A stretch of DNA of 50,684 bases from an uncultured Candidatus Saccharibacteria bacterium. GTDB taxonomy: Bacteria > Patescibacteriota > Minisyncoccia > UBA6257 > Colwellbacteraceae. Position 1 is the stretch's first letter, and every line of letters begins with the position of its first letter. The notes below the pieces were generated by a model that was given only the letters and a program-made list of their open reading frames with translations, made no database searches and had not been told where the DNA came from. The stretch is from contig CAYGEM010000002.1 of the NCBI GenBank assembly GCA_964348915.1, forward strand, positions 13,617 to 64,300, written 5' to 3'. Position numbers and translations under genes: made by a program. Below, in pieces: positions 16,706 through 26,529 of this stretch.

Positions 16706-18388
16706 ATGCTTTTTTCGGAAATTGCAATCGCTCTGGCGATCGCGGCGGCTTTCGGCTTCGGCGCTTATCTATTAAAACAGCCGGCAATAATCGGTTTTAT
16801 CGGTGCCGGACTGCTTATCGGCTCGATTGGCGGATTGCGGCTTGGCCAGTCAACGACCTTGGAAGAATTGGCTTCCATCGGCGTTACCCTGCTTCTTTTC
16901 GCCGTCGGTCTGGAGATGGATTTCCGTCAATTCCGACGGATCGGTTCAGCGGCGATTATAGCCGGTCTGGGACAGATAATTCTTACTTTCGGAGCCGGTT
17001 TTTGGATTCTTTCCCGACTGGGTTACGCGCCTTTGGCGGCCGGATATATCGCGGCGGCGCTGACTTTTTCCTCGACCATCATCGTGGTAAAACTGCTTTC
17101 GGCGAAAGGCGACCTGAACAGTTTGTACGGACGGATAGTGGTCGGTTTCCTCTTGGTTCAGGATTTCGTTGCCATCCTCGCCCTGGTTTTTCTCTCTGGT
17201 TTCCAATCCGGCGAATCTCTCGTCTCTGCTTCCTTGATTTTCGCATTAGGGAAAACAATTCTTCTTTTCGGGCTGACCATGGCAATCTCGCGGATTTTCC
17301 CGCGATTACTCCACTTAATCGGCGCCGCTCCGGAATTGCTTTTTCTTTTCAGCGTGGCTTGGCCTCTCGGCATCGCCGCCTTGGTTTCTTCTCCGGTTAT
17401 CGGTCTTTCCCGGGAAATCGGCGGTTTTTTGGCCGGCCTCGCTCTCGCCAATTCTTCCGAGCATTTTCAGATAGCGGCGAGAATAAGGCCGCTTCGGGAT
17501 TTTTTCATCGTCCTTTTCTTCGTGGGACTCGGAGCCAAGCTGGCCGCGACCGGCGCCGCGATAAACACGGCTCAGGTTATTCTGCTTTCCTTATTTGTGC
17601 TTATTGGCAATCCTCTTAGCGTTCTTCTCATTATGGGATTTTTGGGTTTTCGGGCGAGAACTTCGTTCCTCGCCAGCGTGACCGTGGCCCAGACCTCGGA
17701 ATTTAGCCTTATCCTTATCATGCTCGGATTGTCCCTCGGGCATGTTTCAGCCGCGGAAGCGTCTCTTGTCGCCATGGTCAGCGTGATTACTATTTTTATT
17801 TCTTCTTATCTCATCACTTACAACGAAAAAATTTATGCCAGATTCAAAAAAGCGATAAAGTTTTTTGAATTTCGGAAATCGCGCGAGGAGGAAGGGGGAG
17901 GGGTGATGGCTCTCTCTGGACACATTATTCTTGTCGGCGCGCATCGGTTGGGCGGGAGTATCCTCCGGGCTTTGCGAGGTATCGGCGAATCAATTGTTGT
18001 CGTCGACCTCGATTACAACATAATCGAAGACATCAAGAAAAAAGGAGGCGAGGCTTTGCTCGGCGATATCGCTGACGAGGAAATTCAGGAATTGGCCGGA
18101 TTTTCTCGGGCAAAAATGATTATTTCCGCCGCTCCTTCTTTTTCCGATAACGCGGTTATTTTGGGGGCGGCTAAAGAAATCAATCCTGAAGCGAGAGTAA
18201 TTTTAACCGCAGACAGTGAATGGGCAGGGAAAGAGTTCTACCGCCTTGGGGCGGACTATGTCCTCCTTCCCCATTTTTTAGGGGGAGAACATTTGGCGGA
18301 AGCGATAAGAAAAGGGGGGTATGATAAGGGTGATGGCTTAGCCGAACTTAAGAAAAAAGACGCCGCTTTGCTCGAAATAAATATTTAA
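16706..18388 (+). CDS. CPA2-family cation:proton antiporter with a C-terminal TrkA-N/RCK domain (KefB-like)
   Basis: 560 aa. About 12 TM spans followed by the Rossmann motif ILVGAHRLGGSI and an RCK-like domain. Confidence 0.85.
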   Translation: MLFSEIAIALAIAAAFGFGAYLLKQPAIIGFIGAGLLIGSIGGLRLGQSTTLEELASIGVTLLLFAVGLEMDFRQFRRIGSAAIIAGLGQIILTFGAGFWILSRLGYAPLAAGYIAAALTFSSTIIVVKLLSAKGDLNSLYGRIVVGFLLVQDFVAILALVFLSGFQSGESLVSASLIFALGKTILLFGLTMAISRIFPRLLHLIGAAPELLFLFSVAWPLGIAALVSSPVIGLSREIGGFLAGLALANSSEHFQIAARIRPLRDFFIVLFFVGLGAKLAATGAAINTAQVILLSLFVLIGNPLSVLLIMGFLGFRARTSFLASVTVAQTSEFSLILIMLGLSLGHVSAAEASLVAMVSVITIFISSYLITYNEKIYARFKKAIKFFEFRKSREEEGGGVMALSGHIILVGAHRLGGSILRALRGIGESIVVVDLDYNIIEDIKKKGGEALLGDIADEEIQELAGFSRAKMIISAAPSFSDNAVILGAAKEINPEARVILTADSEWAGKEFYRLGADYVLLPHFLGGEHLAEAIRKGGYDKGDGLAELKKKDAALLEINI

Positions 18389-18400
18389 CGAATTTTAAAA

Positions 18401-19636
18401 ATGAAATTTATCGCCGACCTGCATATTCATTCTCCTTATTCCCGGGCGGTTTCGCCGGAGATGGTTTTTTCGGGGATTGATGTCTGGGCGAAAAAGAAAG
18501 GGATAACCGTGATGGCTACGGGCGACTTTACTCATCCCCGCTGGGTGGCAGAAATGGAAAAACATTTCATTCCCGCCGAGCCGGGCCTTTTTACCTTGAA
18601 AGGGGGAGGGACGAGATTTATTCTCTCGGCGGAGATATCCTCCATTTATTCGCGCGGCGGAAAGGTGAGGAGGGTGCATAATCTGATATTCGCTCCGGAT
18701 TTGGAAACAGTCCGGAAAATAAACAACGAGCTTATCCGGCGCGGTAGCAATCTTTTATCCGATGGCCGGCCGATTATCGGATTGGATTCGGAAGACCTCC
18801 TTCTTTTGGTCAAAGAAGCGGACGAAAGAAATGTTTTGATTCCGGCGCACGCCTGGACGCCTTGGTTCTCCGTATTCGGTTCTATGTCCGGATTCGATTC
18901 TCTGGAAGAATGCTTCGGCGACAACACCAAGCATATTTTTGCCATTGAAACCGGTTTGTCGAGCGACCCGGCGATGAACTGGCGGCTCTCCCGACTGGAT
19001 AATATTTCTTTTATTTCCAATTCGGATTCGCATTCTTTGCCGAATCTCGGACGGGAAGCCAATGTTTTTGACACCGAACTTTCTTACGCGGGAATAATCG
19101 AGGCCATTAAAAGCCGCGACCCCGGGCGCTTTTTGCAGACCATCGAATTTTTTCCCGAAGAGGGCAAGTATCATTATGACGGGCATCGGCTCTGCGGAGT
19201 TTCTTTGAATCCCAAGGAGACAAAAAAATTATCGAAACGATGTCCGGCTTGCGGTCGGGAAATAACCGTTGGCGTAATGAGCCGGGTGGAAGAGTTGGCG
19301 GACCGGCCTGAAGGATATCGCGACCCCAAAAGGGCCCCTTTCGTAAAGCTCATTTTATTGCAGGAAATAATCGCCGAAGCGTTAGCGGTGGGCAAATCCT
19401 CCAAAAAAGTCAAAGAGGAGTATGAGAGAATGATCTCTTCGCTGGGTCCGGAGATCCGGATATTAAGTGAATTACCCGTCGAGAATATCCGGGCGGTTTC
19501 CGGCGAACGGATAGCCGAAGGCATCTCGAGGGTAAGACAGGGAAAAATTTCCATCAGGCCCGGGTATGACGGCGAATACGGGAAGATAGCCATTTTCGGA
19601 GAGGAAAAACCAATCGGCCCAAAGGCCCTGTTCTGA
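18401..19636 (+). CDS. PHP-domain nuclease with Zn-ribbon, endonuclease Q-like (COG1379-type)
   Basis: 411 aa. N-terminal PHP motif ADLHIHSPYS, later HAWTPW and SNSDSHS metal ligands, and Zn-ribbon CGVSLNPKETKKLSKRCPACG. Confidence 0.7.
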   Translation: MKFIADLHIHSPYSRAVSPEMVFSGIDVWAKKKGITVMATGDFTHPRWVAEMEKHFIPAEPGLFTLKGGGTRFILSAEISSIYSRGGKVRRVHNLIFAPDLETVRKINNELIRRGSNLLSDGRPIIGLDSEDLLLLVKEADERNVLIPAHAWTPWFSVFGSMSGFDSLEECFGDNTKHIFAIETGLSSDPAMNWRLSRLDNISFISNSDSHSLPNLGREANVFDTELSYAGIIEAIKSRDPGRFLQTIEFFPEEGKYHYDGHRLCGVSLNPKETKKLSKRCPACGREITVGVMSRVEELADRPEGYRDPKRAPFVKLILLQEIIAEALAVGKSSKKVKEEYERMISSLGPEIRILSELPVENIRAVSGERIAEGISRVRQGKISIRPGYDGEYGKIAIFGEEKPIGPKALF

Positions 19637-19699
19637 TTTCCGGGGAGAGACCGCGAGGGGAGTTTCTAAAGACAGGAGAGAGCTTTATAATGAAACTAT

Positions 19700-20041
19700 A
19701 TGACGGCACCGATTTATTTTTTAAATTTTTTCCTGATTAAGATTTATGATTTTTTCCGACATTGGTATGTGGGCGGTTTTTCCGCCTGGGTGAACGCGAC
19801 CGTCGGTCTTCTCGAGAGGTTCGACCGCCGGCTGGCGCTAAGGATAACCGTCCGCCATCTTTTCTCCCCCTTGTATCAGGAGTGGAATCTGGCGGGCTTC
19901 ATTCTCGGTTTCATTTTCCGGTCAATCAGGGCGATAGCGGCCGTCTCGCTCTACGGTTTAGTTATCCTCGCTTCTTTTATCCTTTATGTCGCTTGGGCGA
20001 CCCTCCCCGTTTATTTCATTTATAAAATTATTAAAGGATAA
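19700..20041 (+). CDS. Small membrane protein, translationally coupled to the downstream Clp-like ATPase
   Basis: 113 aa, 2-3 hydrophobic spans. Its stop overlaps the next ATG as TAATG at 20039-20043. Confidence 0.6.
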   Translation: MTAPIYFLNFFLIKIYDFFRHWYVGGFSAWVNATVGLLERFDRRLALRITVRHLFSPLYQEWNLAGFILGFIFRSIRAIAAVSLYGLVILASFILYVAWATLPVYFIYKIIKG

Positions 20042-22557
20042 TGACCGAACTCAACGACAAAACTAAAGTTTATTTCCGGGAGCCATTCCTGGAGTTAAGC
20101 GTTTTTAGCCAATCGCTTCTGCGCGTTTTAAGACGGGCCGCTCTTATTATCCTCGCGATTGCCGTTTTCGTTTTTCTGTTCTCGGGTGAGAAAAGAATTT
20201 TTTACGGCGGGTTGCTCGGTTTGATTTTTCTTTTGGATTCGGCTTTCCACTGGAGTAAAGGAAGGGTCGCGTTATTTTCGGCGCTAAAGCGGGAAAAAAT
20301 AAATTTGGCCGATTCCGCCACCCCCCAGACCATGGATATCATCGCTTCGGCTTTTCAGTATTCTTTGCTTGCCGGCGGAAGTTTTTATCTGTGGCTTAAC
20401 AAATATCTTTTCGACTTGTCCGAGGTCAGGGAAGCGGCGAAAAGAATGGAGGCTGACCCGGCGGAAATTCTTCAGAAAATAAACGAATCCTTGTCCGCTC
20501 CTTCTGCTCCGAATAAAAGGGAGGCGCTTCTCACGGAAGTGGAAAAGCTCATGTTCGCCGCGGTTAAAGTGGCGCTCGCGGGCGGCAGTCGTTACATAAC
20601 CCCCATCGACCTTTTCGCCGGCCAGAAATTTTCTTCGGACAAGGAGATTGGCCGCATTTTCAATTTGTTTGAAATCGACACCGAGGATTTGGAAAACGTG
20701 GCCGTGTTCAGCCGTTTTATAAGCCGGGTGAGATTTTCTTCGGCGGGGTTGCCCGAAACCATTGGCGGATTCGCTTCCAAATTTAACGGAGTGCGGCATC
20801 GGGCGATGAATCGGGCCTGGACCGCCCGGCCGACGCCGACCCTCGACCTTTTCGGCACGGACTTGACCGATTTGGCGCGGGCCGGAGAGACCGGTTTTAT
20901 GGTCGGCCACGAAAAAGAATACGAGCGGATGGTCAATATTCTTTCCCGACCCAACAAGCCGAACGCGGTTTTCGTGGGTGATCCGGGTGTCGGCACGAAT
21001 ACTATCGTCAAACATCTGGCTTATATGATTATCAAGGATGAAGTTCCGGACATTCTTTTTGACCGTCGCGTGGTTTCACTGAACATCAGCAGTTTGGTTT
21101 CGGGGGCTGACCAGGCCGAGCTTCAGCGGCGGATAAACAATATCTTTGAGGAAATCCACCGCGCCGGCAATGTCGTTCTTTATATTCCCGAGATTCATAA
21201 TTTGAGCCGGACTTCCGGAGAGTTTTTCCTCTCGGCGGCAAACGTAATGATGCCTCTCGTGACTTCGAGCGAGTTTCCGACCATCGGCACCACCTACCCG
21301 CAGGAATTCCGGCAGTTTATCGAGAGGGACAGCGCTTTTATGGAGGCCTTCGAATTCATAAAAGTCGAGGAAATAACCGAAGACGAAGCGATAAGGTTTC
21401 TTTCTTTTGCCGGACTTCTTTTTGAAAAACACTGGAAAATAAGAATCAGCTTCGATGCCGTAAAAACCGCCGTAGCTTTGGCGAAGAAATATTTTCACAA
21501 CCAGCCCTTGCCGGCGCCGGCGAGCGATTTGATGAAAGAGGCGGTGGCGGACGCGAAAAGGCGGCACTTAAAAACCCTGAATAAAGAAGACATTATCCGT
21601 ATAGCCGAGACGCGCACCAACATTCCCATCAAGGAGGCGAGCCGCGAAGAAGCGAAGAAATTGCTTAATTTGGAAGAGGTCATTCATCGGGATTTAATCG
21701 ACCAGGAAGAAGCCGTCGTTGCGGTAGCTCGGGCTTTGCGCGAATACCGGAGCGGTTTGTCGCGAAGCGGCGGACCCATTGCCACTTTTCTTTTCGTCGG
21801 GCCGACCGGCGTAGGCAAAACCGAATTGGCCAAGATTTTGACAAAGACGCAGTTCGGATTGGAAGAGATGATGGTCCGGCTGGATATGTCCGAATACCAG
21901 GATAAAACCAGCTTTTTCCGATTAATCGGGTCCCCCGACGGGAAAGTCACCGGTTTTCTTACCGAGGCGGTTATGGCCAAGCCCTATAGTTTGGTGTTGC
22001 TTGACGAGTTCGAGAAAGCCCATCCGGACGTGCTTAATCTTTTCCTCCAGGTTTTCGACGACGGCCGGCTGACGGATAATTTGGGCCGGACAGTCGATTT
22101 TCAAAACACGATTATCATCGCCACCTCCAACGCTCATTCGACTTTTATCAAAGCGTCTCTTGAGGAAGGTAAAACGATTGCCGCGATTGTCGACGAATTC
22201 AAGAAAAAACTGGTCGATTATTTCCGGCCGGAACTGCTAAACAGATTTTCCGATATTATAATTTTTAAGACCTTGACGCCGGAAGACGTGATTAAAATCA
22301 CTCGTTTGCAGTTGGATAAACTGGCGAAATCTTTGTCTGAAGAGCAGGGAATCGAGATTGTTTTCGAGGACGGGGCGGTACGCCGACTGGCTGAGCTGGG
22401 ATTCGACCCGGTCTTCGGAGCCAGGCCGTTGAGGAAGACCATCTCTGAACACGTAAAGGCGCCGCTTGCCGAAAAGATTCTTGCCGGAGAGACAATGAGG
22501 GGAAGCCGGGTCAATTTTTGCCTCAAAAACAACGAACTGGAAATGATTTCAGAATAA
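20041..22557 (+). CDS. Clp/Hsp100-family AAA+ ATPase (ClpC/ClpB-like) with an N-terminal membrane anchor and a degenerate NBD1
   Basis: 838 aa. Two hydrophobic spans in the first ~75 aa, then Clp_N-like repeats. NBD1 Walker A reads GDPGVGTNT and Walker B reads VLYIPEIH. NBD2 is intact: GPTGVGKTELAK, LLDEFEKAHPDV, and the sensor region FRPELLNRF. Confidence 0.85.
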   Translation: MTELNDKTKVYFREPFLELSVFSQSLLRVLRRAALIILAIAVFVFLFSGEKRIFYGGLLGLIFLLDSAFHWSKGRVALFSALKREKINLADSATPQTMDIIASAFQYSLLAGGSFYLWLNKYLFDLSEVREAAKRMEADPAEILQKINESLSAPSAPNKREALLTEVEKLMFAAVKVALAGGSRYITPIDLFAGQKFSSDKEIGRIFNLFEIDTEDLENVAVFSRFISRVRFSSAGLPETIGGFASKFNGVRHRAMNRAWTARPTPTLDLFGTDLTDLARAGETGFMVGHEKEYERMVNILSRPNKPNAVFVGDPGVGTNTIVKHLAYMIIKDEVPDILFDRRVVSLNISSLVSGADQAELQRRINNIFEEIHRAGNVVLYIPEIHNLSRTSGEFFLSAANVMMPLVTSSEFPTIGTTYPQEFRQFIERDSAFMEAFEFIKVEEITEDEAIRFLSFAGLLFEKHWKIRISFDAVKTAVALAKKYFHNQPLPAPASDLMKEAVADAKRRHLKTLNKEDIIRIAETRTNIPIKEASREEAKKLLNLEEVIHRDLIDQEEAVVAVARALREYRSGLSRSGGPIATFLFVGPTGVGKTELAKILTKTQFGLEEMMVRLDMSEYQDKTSFFRLIGSPDGKVTGFLTEAVMAKPYSLVLLDEFEKAHPDVLNLFLQVFDDGRLTDNLGRTVDFQNTIIIATSNAHSTFIKASLEEGKTIAAIVDEFKKKLVDYFRPELLNRFSDIIIFKTLTPEDVIKITRLQLDKLAKSLSEEQGIEIVFEDGAVRRLAELGFDPVFGARPLRKTISEHVKAPLAEKILAGETMRGSRVNFCLKNNELEMISE

Positions 22558-22569
22558 ACACGAGCGATT

Positions 22570-23211
22570 ATGAAACTATCGTTTAAAATCAATCGGGTCG
22601 TCCGAAACTTCATCCTCTCGGACATGCTTCTTTTTAGCGGCTGGGGTCTGATTACGCCGATTTTTTCGATATTCATCCTGGAAAAGGTAGTCGGCGCAAC
22701 GCTGGTGGTCATCGGGACAAGCACGGCGATATACTGGCTTACTCGGTCCATAATCCAATTGCCTTTGGCCGGTCTTCTTGACCGGACCGAAGGCGAAAAA
22801 GACGATTTTTACACCCTTGTCGTCGGGTTGCTTCTTATTTCTTCTTCGGCGTTCGCTTTTACCGTTGTTCACAACGTGAGAGAGCTATTTTTGGTTCAAG
22901 GACTGCACGCGATCGGGTTCGCTTTTTACACGCCGGCTTGGTCGGCGATTTTTTCGCGCCATATGGATAAGGACCGCATCGCTCTCTCCTGGTCGCTTAA
23001 CAGCACCGCCTTGGGCATTTCAGCGGGGATAGCCGGATTTTTAAGCGGCATTATCGCCGAGCAATTCGGCTTCAGGGCCATTTTTATCATCGCCGGATTA
23101 TTTTCTCTTTTCGCGGCGTTGATTATTTTTATCGTGCCTGACATCGTGATTCCGCGAGTGACGAGAAAGAGGCCGGTGAGGGTGAACCATACCCCGCTTA
23201 CCACTACTTAA
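22570..23211 (+). CDS. Half-size (6-TM) MFS-like membrane protein
   Basis: 213 aa, six hydrophobic spans. GLLDRTEGEKD loop between TM2 and TM3 as in MFS transporters. Confidence 0.55.
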   Translation: MKLSFKINRVVRNFILSDMLLFSGWGLITPIFSIFILEKVVGATLVVIGTSTAIYWLTRSIIQLPLAGLLDRTEGEKDDFYTLVVGLLLISSSAFAFTVVHNVRELFLVQGLHAIGFAFYTPAWSAIFSRHMDKDRIALSWSLNSTALGISAGIAGFLSGIIAEQFGFRAIFIIAGLFSLFAALIIFIVPDIVIPRVTRKRPVRVNHTPLTTT

Positions 23212-24960
23212 ATGGATAACCGGAAAATCGCCCGAATTCTTGCGGAAATAGGCGAATATCTGGAGATGGCGGGAGAGAATTTCAAGCCGCGGGCTTACGA
23301 GAAAGCGGCGAATTCGGTTATTAATCTTGATGAAGAAGCAGGGTTGATTTACCGGCGGGGCGGGATAAAGGCCCTGGAGGAAATTCCCGGAGTCGGGCAG
23401 TCCATCGCCGAAAAGATAGAGGAGCTTATTAAAACCGGAAAATTGAAATATTACGAGAAATTAAAAAAAGCCGCGCCGGTTAATTTAACCGAATTAAGCA
23501 GAATTGAGGGGCTGGGCCCGAAAAAAATAAGAAAGCTCTACGACGAGATTGGCGTAAAAAGCGTTTCCGACCTGGAGAGGGCCGCCAAATCCGGCCGGAT
23601 ACGGACCGTCCCGGGATTCGGGGAGAAATCCGAAGAAGACATCCTCAAAGGAATCGAGTTTTTAAAAAAAAGCAAAGGCCGTTTCATCCTCGGCTTTATT
23701 ATGCCGGAGGTGAGAAAAATCGAAGAAGAATTGAAGAAATTATCCCTGGCCAGCCGGCTGGAGGTAGCCGGTTCGGTGAGGAGGATGAAAGAGACCATTG
23801 GCGATATCGACATCCTCGCCTCGGTCAAGGGAGGAAAGGACTTCGACCGGCGCGCCAAAAAAATGATGAGCGCTTTTACCTCGATGGATGAAGTCGAGCA
23901 TATTTACGCCGAAGGGCCGACACGCGCTTCGGTCCGGCTGAAATTAGGTTTGGACGCCGACCTGCGGGTGATTCCGGAGAGCTCTTACGGCGCCGCTCTT
24001 TTATATTTTACCGGCTCCAAAGATCACAACATCGCCTTGCGCAATATAGCCATAAAAAAAGGATGGAAACTTAACGAGTATGGTTTATTTAAGGGTCAAA
24101 AAATCATTGCCGGGAAAACCGAAGAGGAAATTTATGCCGCTTTGGGGCTTCAGTTTATTCCGCCGGAGATGCGCGAGAATACCGGCGAAATAGAACTGGC
24201 CGCGGAAGAAGAAATCCCCAAGCTTGTTGGCTATGATGATCTGCGGGGAGATCTCCAGATTCAGACGGATTGGACAGACGGTTCAAGCGGTATTGCCGAT
24301 TATGCCGAAGAAGCGATGGAAAAGGGATTGGAATATATTGCCATTACCGACCATACCAAGCATCTGGCCATGACTGGCGGCCTGGACGAAAAAAGATTGG
24401 CCAGCCAGGGCAAGGAAATAGACAAAATTAACAGCCGAATAAGAAAAGCGGGCAAACGGTTTCGGGTCCTCAAGGGGACGGAAGTGGATATTTTGAAAGA
24501 CGGCTCTCTTGATTTGAAAGACGAGGCATTGGCGAAACTCGATATCGTCGGCGCCGCCATCCACTCTTATTTTAATTTGTCCGAGGATGAACAGACCCGC
24601 CGGCTTATCCGGGCGATGGAGAATAAAAACGTCCATATAATTTTCCATCCGACCGGAAGGATAATCAACCGGCGCGAATCGATAAAATTGAATATCGACG
24701 AAGTGGTTCGGATGGCGAAAAAAACCGGCACGGTTTTGGAGATAGACGCTTATCCCGACCGACTCGACCTCAAGGATGACTTCGTAAAGAAGTGCGTTGA
24801 GGCCGGCGTGAAAATAAGCATTAATTCGGATAGTCATGAAGCCTGCCAGATAAAATATCTTTATCTTGGAATCGGCCAGGCGCGCCGCGGTTGGGCAAAA
24901 AAAAGCGACGTGATTAACGCCTGGCCGCTCGATAAAATGCTTTCTTTTTTGAAGAGGTGA
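23212..24960 (+). CDS. polX: Family X DNA polymerase with C-terminal PHP domain (PolX)
   Basis: 582 aa. HhH motifs IPGVGQSIAEKI and IEGLGPKKIRKL, nucleotidyltransferase motif GSVRRMKETIGDIDIL, and PHP domain DLQIQTDWTDGS...ITDHT. Confidence 0.9.
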   Translation: MDNRKIARILAEIGEYLEMAGENFKPRAYEKAANSVINLDEEAGLIYRRGGIKALEEIPGVGQSIAEKIEELIKTGKLKYYEKLKKAAPVNLTELSRIEGLGPKKIRKLYDEIGVKSVSDLERAAKSGRIRTVPGFGEKSEEDILKGIEFLKKSKGRFILGFIMPEVRKIEEELKKLSLASRLEVAGSVRRMKETIGDIDILASVKGGKDFDRRAKKMMSAFTSMDEVEHIYAEGPTRASVRLKLGLDADLRVIPESSYGAALLYFTGSKDHNIALRNIAIKKGWKLNEYGLFKGQKIIAGKTEEEIYAALGLQFIPPEMRENTGEIELAAEEEIPKLVGYDDLRGDLQIQTDWTDGSSGIADYAEEAMEKGLEYIAITDHTKHLAMTGGLDEKRLASQGKEIDKINSRIRKAGKRFRVLKGTEVDILKDGSLDLKDEALAKLDIVGAAIHSYFNLSEDEQTRRLIRAMENKNVHIIFHPTGRIINRRESIKLNIDEVVRMAKKTGTVLEIDAYPDRLDLKDDFVKKCVEAGVKISINSDSHEACQIKYLYLGIGQARRGWAKKSDVINAWPLDKMLSFLKR

Positions 24961-24996
24961 TTTTTCAGAGACCGATTTTTCGGCTATGATTACCTG

Positions 24997-25491
24997 ATGC
25001 GAAAAGAGATTTCAGCCGGAATAATCGTCTATCGGATGGCGGAAAATAAACCCAGATTTTTGCTTCTTTATCACGGCGGAAAATATTGGAATTTTCCGAA
25101 AGGCCATATCGAGCCGCTTTCTCCTTTCGAGGGACAAGTCGCGTCTCAAAAAGAAAATGACATCCAGACCGCTTTTCGGGAGACGGAAGAAGAGACCGGC
25201 TTAAAAAAGAAAGACATTTTCATCCGGCGGGGGTTTAGGGCCAGCCAGCGTTATTGTTTCAAAAAGGGAACGGAGCAAATCTGCAAAACGGTGGTTTATT
25301 TTCTCGGTGAAACAAAGAAGACGCAAATTTCGGTTTCGGACGAACACGAGGGATACGGCTGGTTTGCCTACAACGAGGCCTTGGCGATACTTACGCGACA
25401 TAAAAACAATCAGCAGATGATAAGAAGGGTCCGGGCTTTTATCCGGGGGCCGAGACACAATCAGGCGAATATTACTTCAGAAAAGAAATAA
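24997..25491 (+). CDS. NUDIX hydrolase
   Basis: 164 aa. Nudix box GHIEP...AFRETEEETGL. Confidence 0.85.
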   Translation: MRKEISAGIIVYRMAENKPRFLLLYHGGKYWNFPKGHIEPLSPFEGQVASQKENDIQTAFRETEEETGLKKKDIFIRRGFRASQRYCFKKGTEQICKTVVYFLGETKKTQISVSDEHEGYGWFAYNEALAILTRHKNNQQMIRRVRAFIRGPRHNQANITSEKK

Positions 25492-25816
25492 TTTTCGCGA
25501 ATATCTCCGGCTGGTTTTCCGCGAGAGAAGCGAGAATTTTGCGGTCGAGTTCGATATCGTTTTTCTTCAGCCGGCTGATTAAGTCGCGATAGGTCATGCC
25601 TTCGGCGCGGCTCGCGGCGTTGATTTTTACCTGCCACAAACTGCGGCTGGTGCGTTTTTTCTCTTTCCGGCCGCGGAATTTGCGGGGCAGGGCGTGAAGC
25701 AGGGCCTCTTTCGCCGCCCGTTCCTTGGATTTCCGGCTCCACTTGAAACCTTTGGTTTGTTTTAAAACCTTTCCCCGTTTTTTATGGGCGGTTTTGCCCC
25801 TTTTGACGCGTACCAT
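25472..25816 (-). CDS. rplT: 50S ribosomal protein L20
   Basis: 114 aa. MVRVKRGKTAHKKRGKVLKQTKGF is a typical L20 N-terminus. Confidence 0.95.
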   Translation of the reverse strand: MVRVKRGKTAHKKRGKVLKQTKGFKWSRKSKERAAKEALLHALPRKFRGRKEKKRTSRSLWQVKINAASRAEGMTYRDLISRLKKNDIELDRKILASLAENQPEIFAKIISFLK

Positions 25817-25819
25817 GAT

Positions 25820-25993
25820 TTAAATATAATTGGCGATCATCTTTTCGGTGACCTTTGTCACATTAATCCGCGAACGCTTTTCCCGGATTTGCTTGCCGGA
25901 TTTTTTGGCGCGAAAATGCGATTGGCCGATTTTTCGGCGGATCAGCTTGCCGGTTCTGGTTTTTCTGATTCTGGAAGTGACGCTTTTTCTCAT
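25820..25993 (-). CDS. rpmI: 50S ribosomal protein L35
   Basis: Below the ORF-track size cutoff. Hand translation from the ATG at 25993 gives MRKSVTSRIRKTRTGKLIRRKIGQSHFRAKKSGKQIREKRSRINVTKVTEKMIANYI (57 aa). ATGA overlap with the infC stop, 3 nt from the rplT start. Confidence 0.9.
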   Translation of the reverse strand: MRKSVTSRIRKTRTGKLIRRKIGQSHFRAKKSGKQIREKRSRINVTKVTEKMIANYI

Positions 25994-26529
25994 TTTTGCT
26001 TTTTATCAATCTGAACGTTAAGTCCGAAATTGTCAAACCGAATTTCGCTTACCGGTTTGTAGTCCTCGGGAAGAATCAACAGAAATTCTTCCATCTTTTT
26101 CTTCGCCCAGTCCCGATTGGCTTTTTCCCGACCTCGCAGGCGCATGCGAATTTCCACTTTATGGCCGGCTTCGATGAATTTCTCCGCTTGCTTGGACCGG
26201 AAGAGCAGGTCGTTTTTCGCGGCGCGGGCGCTGATCTGCACCTGTTTCAGCTCTTTGGCTTTGCTCTGCTGTTTCTGTTTTTTGAGCTCCTTTTCTCTCT
26301 CGTAACGAAATTTGTCGAAACTGATGATTTTGGCCACCGGCGGTTTGGCCGTGGGGACGATTTCCACCAGGTCTAACCCTTTTTCTTTCGCGACAGCGAG
26401 CGCTTCGGCGAGAGAAATAACGCCCAAATTTTCTCCGCCTTCGACAAGGACGCGAAGCTCGGGAGAGGTAATTTGGTCGTTAATTTTGACGCTTATTCTG
26501 ACGCCGCCGCCTCTATAATTGCTGTTCAA
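25990..26529 (-). CDS. infC: Translation initiation factor IF-3
   Basis: About 179 aa. INDQITSPELRVL...GLDLVEI...PVAKIISFDKFRYE is a typical IF-3. The exact non-ATG start is uncertain. Confidence 0.9.
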   Translation of the reverse strand: MNSNYRGGGVRISVKINDQITSPELRVLVEGGENLGVISLAEALAVAKEKGLDLVEIVPTAKPPVAKIISFDKFRYEREKELKKQKQQSKAKELKQVQISARAAKNDLLFRSKQAEKFIEAGHKVEIRMRLRGREKANRDWAKKKMEEFLLILPEDYKPVSEIRFDNFGLNVQIDKKQK

